From Paraspadella gotoi (lineage: Eukaryota; Animalia; Chaetognatha): a stretch of 64,000 nt of DNA. Under the pieces are notes generated by a model. It saw only the letters and a list, made by a program, of their open reading frames with translations, did not search any database and had not been told where the DNA came from. Position numbers and translations under genes: made by a program. Of this stretch, positions 51,614-63,063 are shown one piece after another. The number at the start of each line of letters is the position of its first letter. The first letter of the stretch is position 1. Location: NCBI GenBank assembly GCA_051294375.1, contig CM119263.1:8433398-8497397 (forward strand), given 5' to 3'.

Positions 51614-52629
51614 ATGGAAAATTCAACTAACTTCGGTCCGGCGGAAAAAAGTCAATGGTTGCGTAGGCCACTTAGCAATTGGGAAAAAGACATAATATTA
51701 CCTTCAACTTTCCGTAAGTTCCAATAAACGTCGTCGTCGTCGACGTTCCAAATTAAAGATCGCCTATATATTATTTGTATTTGTCATTGTATGAAATTGA
51801 AAATCTAGATATGGCTACTCATCGAATTGTGAATTGCTTGAATTTTGTTTTTGAATTTTGATTTTTTCCCCTTTTTCTTTCGTTTTCTCGTGTTTTCTCT
51901 TGTTTCTCTCTCGACTTACTTCTCGAATATTGTGTCCGTTTGTCCATCTGTCCATCTGTCCTTTTATACTTCTAAGCTAATTTTATTTTTTATATATTAA
52001 GCCAAGTTGTTATTTATAAAACTTAGTTTTTCTGTATCAAATGAAAAATTGCAAGATTACTTGTTTTACTAAATTAGACTTTAAATTTTTATATTAAAAT
52101 TTTAAATAAATGTAAGAATTTAATAAATTTGATATTGTGATTAGACTTTCTTTCGTTGTGTTTGGGTTATTTGAAATTAAAGACGAAATCTTTTACATCA
52201 ACGATTTTTATTTTTAAAGGTGCATACAAGTTTCGGCTTTTCATTCAAGCCTTCATGAGTGCTTTGATGCACTGATGAAGCGAAAGCCGAAACTTGTATG
52301 CACCTTTAAAAATAAAAATCGTTAATGTAAAAGATTTCGTCTTTAATTTCAAATAAATTTGATAAATTTGATTTTTTGTTTTAGTATCGACATTTGTTCA
52401 TGGGTCTAGATTTTTGCCATGTGAATGCCACGATCCTTATGCTTTTAAGATTATTAATATACGTGAAAAAAACTCGGTATGAAATAGGTCATTGTTTCAA
52501 TTTGCCTTACACCCTTACCTAAAAAGAAATAAGCGGCGGCCCCGCTCGCGCAACGATCAATTCCGTCTTTAATGTCGAGACGAAAATCGGTTACGAAATC
52601 GATTTGGAGAACTTTAGGAAAGCGCTAAG
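51614..52629 (+). CDS. Duplicate first-exon pair (1a/2a) of the condensation-domain acyltransferase gene
   Basis: Exons 51614-51713 and 52527-52629 encode MENSTNFGPAEKSQWLRRPLSNWEKDIILP...ATINSVFNVETKIGYEIDLENFRKAL. They are paralogous to 53562-53664 and 53817-53916 and end in the same phase 2. Confidence 0.7.
52167..52356. repeat. Near-perfect fold-back hairpin made of two inverted hammerhead-bearing repeats
   Basis: Arms of about 90 bp. Plus copy GCA-CTGATGA...GAAA-CTTG-TA-TGC (52269-52301) has a stem II deletion; minus copy (52222-52262) has CTCATGA and intact GGCTT/AAGCC. Confidence 0.85.
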
Positions 52630-53561
52630 GTTTGTTATAGTTGTTCTTAGTTTGGTCTATAGTCGCTTCATCACATACATACATCAATTAGGTTAAACGT
52701 TTTATAAGTTCTTTTAATAAAGTCATTGCATTAGATTTATAAATGTAATATACGAATATACGTAATTTTATGCCTAGTTGTGCGTTTCGCCTTTGACCCA
52801 ATGTGATTGGCTAAATGGAGTGAATATCTATGTGTAACTTTATGTAAATTTATGATGTTGCATGGAAAATCACTTCGCTAATCTCTTATTAACACTCTAA
52901 CAAGTTATTCGATACCCTATACTGTCATTGTACATTTTTCCGCATATCGAATTTTTATGTGATTTTCTCTCGGTTAATCTATTTTATGCATTTCGTCCAC
53001 TTTCAACTACATTCATTTTGGGTAGTTTTTAAGCGTAATGAAAATTCTAAATTAAATAAAAAGTAAGGAATTAGCAAAATTGTACTTTTTTTATTTTGGA
53101 ATTAACACCGTGAGCTCTATTCATAAATTATATAATACTTATTCGTTCAAATTTTAAGTTTGAAAATACGTTTAAGTTTTTAAATTTTTCTTATACTTTT
53201 TTTAAAATATTTTTTAAGTATTTTTAAAAAATGACTTTTTTTAATCAGCTTTTGATGAGAAATTTAAATCGGCCATCAAAATTTTTAAAAAATGAACGTT
53301 CATTGCGAAAGAATATGAGTTACTCTCAAGGCTCTCAATTCATGGTACAAAAGGGCATTGGTGAATGGTGAATGGTGAATGGTGATGCAGTATGCGAACG
53401 CGGGAGCTGGTATATGCTAGCGTAAGTCTGTAATGCTCTTATGTTCACGATGTCTCTAGCCAAGGGATGAAAACCGGTTTTCCTTTCGTTAATTTTAAGC
53501 CCTGTTGCCTGTAGTTGTAAAGGCTGTTGTCGTATTATTGACTTAGAAAAAAAAGACAAAA

Positions 53562-56500
53562 ATGTCTGAACCAAGATTCGGTCCGGCGGAAAAAAGACTC
53601 TGGTTAGAGAGGCCACTTAGCAATTGGGAAAAAGAGTTCATTCTTCCGTTGGCTTCTTATTTTAGTAAGTCTTTAAAATTAATTCTTGAACTAAGCAATT
53701 ATACTTCTACGATTACATCTTCGAATTATCTATCCGAATGCGGCTCCCCCCCCACTCCCGAATAAAATGAAGCGGTCGNNNNNNNNNNCCCCCCCCCACT
53801 CCCGAATAAAATGAAGCGGTCGGTGGACCTCCTCGCAACACCATCAACTCTGTCTTCCATCTTAAGACAAATACCCATTATGAAATCGACTTAGACAAAT
53901 TTCGTGAAGCTCTCAGGTTTGACATAAGAATCTTCCTTGCAGAAACCAGAGGTAATCAACCATGCCAGGTCATCGAACAAATGTGAGAAGAATAAACACA
54001 TAGACTGAAGCATCTTTAGGATTTTTAATGACACAAACTCCAACCTCCCTAGTCATAAGTGAACCTGGACAATGCCCGCTACATTACGTTTAATACGGCT
54101 TTTCTTTTGTTTTTGGTATTCTAAAATATCATTAATAACTTACTGAGTTAAAATGTTAATGTTGTTGGTAATATACACTCCACGTTTAAAAGTTCATTCC
54201 TCGTTTACAATATATACTAATGAATGTTTCCGTCTTCCGCAGAGCGACTATCTACAAGCAGCCTCACCTACGGGCCAGGGTCGACCTCGACTCGACCCCG
54301 ATTCGTTGGCTCCCGGCAGAGGATTTCGAGGGCGTCTTCTCCTTCGTGGATCGGAGGAGTGGAGAGGATGGGAGTGATCAGAGTGGTGGAGTGGCAGAGA
54401 TTTGGGATTTGGTCGAAGAAGAGGGGAACCGACCTTGGAACTACGATTCTATGAAACCGCTCTTCCGGTGAGCGACTTGATGTAGACGAGGGAAAACGGC
54501 GTCGGCTCATTAAAAACAAAAATATAAAACATTCCGAAAAAAATTAAGAACCAAAGCGTAAACTGGCTTTGATAACTTTCAAGAAAAAAAACTATTTTAT
54601 GACATTTTATGGAAAAAAATTCAAAATTTAAAACAAAGTTAATAATAGAGCCTGAATCTGCTTACAGATTCAGGCTCTATTATTAACTTTGTCGGTCCGT
54701 CGGTCCACACCCCCATCTTGTCGGTTGGTCACTTAAATCATGTCAGAACTTCGAATTATGATAAATTATGTAAAAATATTGATGTTCGGCCGTCCGTCCC
54801 CCTTAGCTTTGAACGCCAATTCCTCATGATTGTATGGGGCGATTGACTTGAAATTGTTTATGTGCCTAGGAAATATGTTTGATTAAACTGGAAATCAAGT
54901 TTCGATGGAATCGTCCGAGTGGATATGAGTTTAAATTAGTCAATTTATTTATCAATTAATTATTCAATCAAACAATCAATTATGTCGATCAATTAATCGT
55001 TATCTGCGTTATTGTCGTCGTCGTTGCCATCATCGTCGTCGCTGCTTTTGTCGTGGTCAGTGACGAAAAGAACAAAATGTTTGAGCCAACAATGTCGGAT
55101 CAAATTAATTAATCGACTAATTAAATAACTTGAATTAATTAATTACTGCTAATGGACGTGGTGTGGCGAATCCTATTGGCTTGGACAGCTAAGTACTCAT
55201 TCACCAACGCTGGTTAATGTGTGATGGTGTCGGCCTAAACACACCAGTGACACGTGGTGGTCCAAAGCCCTGAGTGCCAGCTGTCGGGAGATGCCTCACA
55301 CCCCGGGTATCACACATGTCCCCCCGTTGCCATAGTGGGCAGATTTGGGCAAACTTGTGAAACAAAAAAAACTAGTTGATTGGCTTTTTGTTGTTGTTGT
55401 TGCTGTTTTATTTCTCTCTCCATCCACTGTTGTTACTACCAATAAATTGATTTACAAGTAATAATCTTTAAATTTACAAAACCTGGTATTCTTGGTCCTG
55501 AATTTTTTCAATAAAACTGAAAGCAATAAAATTCTTACCTTACTTCTTTCTTGCTTTCGCTTTTAAACTGGTCCTAAAATTTGTTTCCAAGGAGAACGAG
55601 GAGTAGAGACCGTAAACGTCCTTGGATAAGCAGGATCTTGTGGACTAACATACACCGATTAATTTTTAGAAATCAAAAATGTAACCGTGATTTAAATAAT
55701 CTTTTAACTTAATTGTAGTCAGCAGTTTTCTTGCAAAAATTAATTTAAAAAAATATCTCCTGCCACTACACAACGTAGAACATTTTTTTTACGTTTAAGT
55801 AGATTTAAGCTGGTAAGGAACCCTGTCTCCCAATCCTGTGCCGCCTTTGGCTTTGCCAAGGTTGACTCCTAGGCCCGAATCTGGTTTTTTTCCATTTTCA
55901 GTTGGCAAAGGGTGAAGGGCATTCAAGAACTTCAAGGTTTTATCAAAAATTAATCGACGCATTGTAGGTTCTTGATGGTCATGAACGAATTGAGGGGGAA
56001 AAAGAAAAACACTACAGAAATAAAAGGGATGAAAAGGGTGAAGGTTCGGAGAAAGGTTTAAAACTAAAGAAAAAAAAATGACCAGGTTGCAGTGTTTTGT
56101 TATTCATCTATTCTTATCTATTACGCGTTAAAATCGTTAAAAATTACGAAATCGATTTATCGGTTTAAATGATGCTCGAAACAAAAAGGACCAATCGAAA
56201 ATATTTATATCTAAATTATATTTTTAGGGATCTTTACTCGTTTCGTTATTGTATTCATTTATAAATACTTAACAAAATTTAAGGGTATGAACGAACCGGT
56301 TTTTAATTAAATTTTCTTCGTAGTGATTCAAATCATTCTTTATGCTATAAAAGGAACAGCGTTGCTGATAACTCACTTTCGATGATTCATTCCATCTCCT
56401 TTTTTTTTCTTTAACTCGTTATCTTTTTTGTATTTTTTTTTTCGATAATGAAGACAAACCCCTTGATTTTAGTAGTTGGCTTTGGAGTCTTTGCTGCTCT

Positions 56501-59500
56501 AGCAGAGGGGAAATGTAAGTAATCTAATTTTTAAAAAAAATATTTTATTTTGTTATTCGATTCTCCATATTAATTATTATCGCCTTGATTTCAGGGCCGA
56601 AATACTGCTCTAACGAACCCGGCGTGGAGTTCCGAGGATATCCCGCCGCTTCCTCTCACTCGGAAAATCCTGAGGGATGCGCGGATTGGTGCATGGACGT
56701 CGACAAATGCGACGCCTTCTACTGGTTGTAAGTTTTTTCGCAATTTAGTTATAAGGTTACACAATTTGCGGAAGACAACCTCTCTTCAAATATTTAAATA
56801 TTAAATATTTCTTGATTTTAGATTTTAAGCAAAATAATAAAAAATAATAATGAAGAAATATATAATGAAATGAATAAAATCATATATATACATATTTATA
56901 TGTACATGAATTTCAATGGGAGTGAAATGAAAAGAGTTGTTATAACTATTAACTGACTAAATATGATTGATATTTGATCATTTCATTAGTTAGAAAATTC
57001 CCTGACGTTTTTATATTTCTGTATAACAAATTGAGAATAATTAAAATCATGACAACTGGTGCGCTTGCCTTCCAGCAGCTTTTTTTGTAATTTTTTTTTT
57101 TTTTTTATCTTATTTGATAGTTTAATTTCGCAGACCACCCCGACCGCGACCCCGACCATGGCCTTATCCATTTCCCGACCCGTTCCTCAAAAACGGTCCG
57201 TGTCGGATGCAGGAGCGCATCTCCAATGTTGTCACCAGTGGCAAACAGAGTTACAGATCGGGACGATGCTTCCATTGCGACACCAACTATAGGCTCGAGT
57301 ACAGAGACAACAACCTGCCCATGAGCACTTATCCCGCTGGCAGGCGTTGGAATAACTCAAAAAAGGTGTCAAATGAAAGACAATTAGAAAAGCAAGAAGA
57401 AAGAGCAATACTCGATGAGATATACATATATATTTATTATACAATATATTGTACATAGTTAAATTAATGAATAAGAATTGATTAGATGTGGCTGGTTTTA
57501 TTCAACAAAAATTATGATGTGATTTTTTTGGGATGGAAATCCAAGGCCGACTTGCTTGAGACCCCTAACCTTTCCCCTGTGACACTTTCAAGGATTGCAT
57601 GCTCGCCTGCTTCGAGACAGAAAACTGCGGCGCCTACACCTATCGGAACTTTGGCTCACAAAAGTGTTTCCTGAAGACGGAAAGGGCTACAATTCGCAAC
57701 GACATTATCCGAATGGACAAGCCTCATGTGAGTTGTCTAGGGACACGTATCTATAATAAAAATAAAAATAAACCACCAATTCTATCTTTTTAACCGAATC
57801 TTTTGTTTCCATCAACTCTGTCTTTCCTCCCATTTATTTTCCATCCCATCTGATTCCAGTGGAGCGGGGCGTGTCGCCATATGTGCGACGTCGAGTGGAA
57901 CGTCGTCTACCAAAGAGGGTCATACAATAAGGCATTCGGCTGTCCTGATCTGAAGACTTGCGAGATCGAATGTCGCAATGACACACGGTTAGAGTTATTT
58001 TAGTACGAGTCGACAAATATTGGGAAATATTTGATAAATATCTTTTCTCTCCAACAGCTGCAAAGTTTTCGTCTTTTCTCGCTCCCTAAAAAAGTGTTGG
58101 AAAAAAGCGGGAAAATTGCACCGAATCGCGAGGGGGCAAAACGCTTACAAAAGTCAAGAGCGGTACAAGTGGGTCAGCGGTACTTGCCGCAAGTGAACAG
58201 GGTATCCATCCAGCAAGATCAACGAAAAAAAAAAATGTATATTTTGGTTTCATTTTTTATTTGTAATTGGGGTGTTGCTATTGCCGTTTCATGTGAATAA
58301 AAAAAAATAGTGCTACTTTTTTTTTTTACTATTTTTAGTTTATATAATTATATTCAGTTTGAAGAGACAGTAACTATTGTTATGTGCTAGTGACAGAACC
58401 ATTCAATATAAGCAGTCCCTGAGCTTCGGATCAGGCTGTAACACCGTGTTACAGACGGGTTAAGCGCCCCGTCCCTCTTAACTGCTAGGCGGCCACCGGG
58501 CTAAAATCCCGGACCTTTGAGTTGGGAAGCGAATGACTTGCCTCCGGCACCAAAGGCCGCTGATGAACGGTTGGTGGATTTTAGTCCACCAATAGTTCAT
58601 ATAAATTATAGCTCATTTCTGATTTTAGAATCTTGTTGAACTTCAAAATTTCGTCTTATTCTAACACATGTGATATTTAATTTACATTTTTGTCAAATAA
58701 AAGAAATAAAAATTTCTTTTCCCTAATTCGTCTTTTCTTTTGTCCTTAAAATATAGCGAATCATAATGAAAAATAAATAATAATATTACATGTCCATATC
58801 ACGTATTCTCCAAAAAATACGAACATTATCATAGAGAATTTTTAAAATTCATGTTTTCCTTGTGCTTAAACCTTTGAAGTTTTTCCTAATCTTTTTTGCG
58901 AAAGGGATGCGCAATGCGCATTGCACACTGCGCAGTCATTGAAGTGAAAATCTTAACTTCTTTAGGTGCGTTTTGGTAAAGGTCAGCAACGGTTTCGTCG
59001 TGATGAACATCTATCATCACTCAGTCGCCGACAGCATTTCTGGTTTGTAGGAATGAATTCTAATTGGCACGGTCGAGCAATAGAAATAGATTAGATTCGA
59101 TTTCAGGAATGCATATGATGGATGACCTGATGGAATTTTATGACACTCTGGAAAGCGGGAAGGAGCTAGTAGTCGTTCCTTTGGAAGTTAGGTAAAGTAT
59201 TACATAACTAAACTATTTCGCTCTCAGTTATTAATCGTAAATGGAAACAGAGGGTCAGCAGAGGAGGAGACATTCCTCGATGGACACCAATCAACCATAC
59301 AAGCCATAGTGGACGCCAAAGTGGAAAGATCAAAGATGGCCGACGATTACGTTCCCTTTGATGTTGACGAATGCCACCGTAACGATTCTTTGAAGTTGCC
59401 GCTAACAAAAACGATTTTTCACGAAGGGAACGAAAATCATCTTAAGGAGATGAGAAAAAGATGCAAAGAGGAGAAGGTTGGTACCATATGAAAAAAAATA

Positions 59501-60008
59501 TATCTTTTTGAATTCAGAAGTTAAAAAACCACTATGTTGGCAATTCGTTTTAGGTGACTATAGGATGTCTTGCCGTTGCGGCACACAATTTTGCCGTTTG
59601 CGTCTTGCAGGCGTTGGAAGACAAAAAAGCGGGAAAAACCTTTGGCGGAATAAAAGATCACTATACAGGTTTAATCACTAGCCAAAAAGTGATAATAACG
59701 TAGCAATGAGTAAATACGAATGATTAGGCTGGGTGAGACTCGCTTCTATTTTTAATAGAGGTACCCGTCAACATGAGGCCAAGATTAAGTCCTCCGCTCG
59801 GTCCGTTGTGTGGTTTTTACGTTTCCGAGGTAAGGACAACTGTTTAGTTAGGTGGTTATGAAATTTGTGTTATAAAAGCAACTGAATCTCAAAGGTGTAC
59901 GCGAGAACCAACATCGACTTATCGACTCGTTTATGGGATCTCGCGAAAGACGTTAAAAAGCAAATGGATACTCAATTCGACGAAAAACACCATCTATTAT
60001 TTCTGCAG
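53562..60008 (+). CDS. Condensation-domain / CoA-dependent acyltransferase (alcohol acetyltransferase/PapA5-like); 3' exons not found in the window
   Basis: Exons 53562-53664, 53817-53916, 54243-54467, 58966-59042, 59107-59191, 59251-59476, 59554-59668, 59759-59829 and 59895-60008 are in phase. Motifs RPLSNWE, QPHLRAR, PLFR|C, catalytic-type HHSVAD (59015-59032), RCKEEKVTIG, VPVNMRPRL and LWDLAK. Confidence 0.82.
53779..53788. other. Scaffold gap with overlapping duplicated flanks
   Basis: Ten N; CCCCCCCCACTCCCGAATAAAATGAAGCGGTCG occurs on both sides, consistent with an unmerged contig overlap. Confidence 0.9.
54633..54692. repeat. Perfect 28-bp-stem hairpin with a 4-nt loop
   Basis: ACAAAGTTAATAATAGAGCCTGAATCTG-ctta-CAGATTCAGGCTCTATTATTAACTTTGT. 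Confidence 0.95.
56346..56378 (+). promoter_or_regulatory. TATA box plus initiator of the PAN/Apple gene
   Basis: TATAAAAG at 56346-56353 and TCACTT with the A at 56375 (29 nt spacing), 73 nt before the ATG. Confidence 0.7.
56448..58196 (+). CDS. Secreted protein with three PAN/Apple-like domains, nested on the same strand in acyltransferase intron 3
   Basis: Signal peptide MKTNPLILVVGFGVFAALAEG; six in-phase exons; three C-x3-C-x5-C-x-(A/V)(F/Y) modules (CADWCMDVDKCDAFYW, CMLACFETENCGAYTY...CFLK, CEIECRNDTRCKVFVF...CWKK), each closed by an SG.C motif; AATAAA at 58296. Confidence 0.85.
58358..58591 (-). mobile_element. tRNA-derived (Gly-CCC-like) SINE-like repeat
   Basis: 72-nt tRNA-like segment at 58560-58489 with A-box TGGTGCCGGAGG, CCC in the anticodon loop and T-stem CCGGG/CCCGG; B-box degenerate. 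Confidence 0.65.
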
Positions 60009-60016
60009 GTTTGAAT

Positions 60017-60210
60017 TTGAAGAGACAGTAATTCTTGTTATATGTTAGTGACAGAACCGAGCACCATGTTACAGGCGGGTTAAGCGCCCCGTCCCTCTTA
60101 ACTGGTAGGCGGCCACCTGGCTGAAAGCCTGGATCTTTGGGTTGGGAGGCGAATGACTTGCCTCCTGCACCAATGGCCGCTGATGAACAGTTGGTGGATT
60201 TTAGTCCACC
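60017..60210 (-). mobile_element. Second copy of the tRNA-derived SINE-like repeat
   Basis: 60180-60109 has a perfect acceptor stem GCGGCCA/TGGCCGC and CTCCCAA loop. Truncated inverted copies at about 60392-60600 form a hairpin. Confidence 0.65.
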
Positions 60211-60464
60211 ATACATCCCCCCTCCACTAGGGAGAAGTTTGTTGCGTCTCTTCAGTGAATTGTTGGTGGAAAGTTCATCACGAAGTGAGGCATGTTGCCT
60301 GATGTGTTGTTGGTGGAAAGTGCATTGCTATTTTGAGGCATGACGCTGTGTTTGTGGTTGCTGTTGTGTTCGGAAGTCGAGCTCACCAATGAAGAAACAG
60401 TAATAAATGTTATAAGTAAGTGACAAAACCATTCAATATAAGCAGTCCCTGAGCTTTGGATCAG

Positions 60465-61368
60465 GCTGTAACACTGTTTTACAGGCGGGTTAAGAGGGAT
60501 GGGGCGCTTAACCCGCCTGTAACACGGTGATTCGAAGCTCAGGGACTCTTTATATTGAATTTTTGTCTATAACTCATAACAATTAATACTGTTTCTTCAG
60601 TAAAATAATATTTTTTTATTTATTTTGTTAAGCTCTAACAGAATCCATTAAAACAATTAAATTACACTTTTTTTATTATTTATAGTAATACTTCTTATAC
60701 TTCTAATGCTTCTATATTATTAAATATACTTAAAATCTAAAAATTTTTGACAAATTTATCTCTGGGAACGTTAACTTTGTTCCGCCTTACTGGACAGTAG
60801 AGCGTATTGAAAGTTACATATGAAAATTTTGAAAGTCAATTATGAATAACGTACGTAAATATTAATTTGTATGAAATATAAATTTTATATTCTTTAATTT
60901 TCGCAGTATTATATATAAAATAGATTTTTCTTAATTTTGACGGCAGGTTTGAATTCCTCATTAAAAGTTAATATAAATATAAACCATTTTTAAGAAATCT
61001 TCCATTAAGAAGGTTAAAAATAAAAAAAACTATATTTATTAGATATAAATATCAGTTTCACTGATTTTTTACTCACTTAAAAAAATGATTTTTAAAAAAG
61101 TTATTTTTATTTTTTCATAACGAATCCAAATCTGTAAAAAAATCTTACAAAACACTATTTTTAAATTTTAACATATATACATAGGGTTAGTACTGTTTCT
61201 AAATATTACCTACTGCGTAAATTGCAAAATTTATAATTAAATTGTTAGGAATTGTTTATTGTTTGCCAATACAACGATTTTTATTGCTCATAGTACATGT
61301 TTCGACTCTGTTGATTCGAGTCTTCATCAGCTTTGAAAAACATTATCAAAAATGCTCTACACATTAAG

Positions 61369-61448
<80 letters not shown>

Positions 61449-62844
61449 GAGAGATTGAGGGAGAGTTTCCAACAAAGGGCTGAGTAAAGGACAGTGGCCA
61501 GATGAGAGGACAGGTGAAGGTAAGAACAGAGAAGAAGATAATTTTGAAATGGTGAAAGTGAAAGAGAGAGAGAGAGGAGAGAGAGAAGAGAGAGAGAGAG
61601 AGAGAAATAATTACATTTGACAATGTACAACAAGGATAAATTTAGAAAAACTAGAATAAGCTGAGATTTTGAATTAACAAAAGTTAAATAAGTAATAATG
61701 ATGAAAAATGAAATGGAGGAATAGGTGGTGAGGATAGATAAGTTATAGTTAAGTGAAATATATAAGAGAAGAAAGAGCTCAAAATGAGCTGGCCCCCCCC
61801 CGGGTAGACAAAGGTGGGACGCTGACGATATGATCGGGTCATTGGCTTGTCATAGATTGAGATGATATTCTTGTAGAGTGGGATATCATGGGGTCAGGTA
61901 AAGACCCGGCTGGGAAAATACCAAGTGCCACTCTAATATCTCTTTGGCCTGATAAGCCTGCCGAAGGCCCTCCTCTCACCTGACGGTGAGGTGGGCGGTT
62001 GCCTGTTCTTGCCTGTTTTGGTGCAGGAGATACAGACTCCTCTCCCTCCTCCTGTAGCCGTCGTTTTAGAGAGAAAATAATACAATTAAATTGTTTTATA
62101 TGTGTGCATTAGTTACAATGTTTTCATTCCTCACTTTTAGAATTTTAATTAAAATTGAATTTAGAATTTTTACTACGCTTTACTGGACAAGATAACATAG
62201 CAGGAGTTTAGCAGGACCCTGCAAACTTCCAATCAAGACTCTCACAGTCTAGTTTATTCTCTCCTGGAGTACCTGGTTTCACTATCAATAAAGTGGTATA
62301 ATATTTCAAAAAAAATTGTATAAAAGGACTACTTCCTTCAATATTAGATCGTAGATATTAGAAGTACATACTAGTAGAAAATAAAAAAAATAGTTTATCT
62401 AGTATTTTAAAGAGTCTGTATCTCCTGCACCAAAACAGGCAAGAACAGGCAACCGCCCACCTCACCGTCAGGTGAGAGGAGGGCCTTCGGCAGGCTTATC
62501 AGGCCAAAGAGATATTAGAGTGGCACTTGGTATTTTCCCAGCCGGGTCTTTACCTGACCCCATGATATCCCACTCTACAAGAATATCATCTCAATCTATG
62601 ACAAGCCAATGACCCGATCATATCGTCAGCGTCCCACCTTTGTCTACCCGGGGGGGGCCAGCTCATTTTGAGCTCTTTCTTCTCTTATATATTTCACTTA
62701 ACTATTAACTTATCTATCCCTCACCACCTATTCCTCCATTTCATTTTTCATCATTATTACTTATTTAACTTTTGTTAATTCAAAATCTCAGCTTATTTCT
62801 AAGTTTTTCTAAATTTATCCTTGTTGTACATTGTCAAATGTAAT

Positions 62845-62896
<52 letters not shown>

Positions 62897-63007
62897 ACTT
62901 TTCACCATTTCAAAATTATCTTCTTCTCTGTTCTTACCTTCACCTGTCCTTCATCTGGCCACTGTCCTTTACTCAGCCCTTTGTTGGAAACTCTCCCTCA
63001 ATCTCTC

Positions 63008-63063
<56 letters not shown>

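Noticed and set aside
53746-53822. Biological direct repeat around the N run
   Set aside because: Typical unmerged contig overlap at a scaffold gap.
60109-60180. Functional tRNA-Gly gene
   Set aside because: The T-loop lacks TTCGA, the anticodon stem is mismatched, and it sits in a multicopy repeat.
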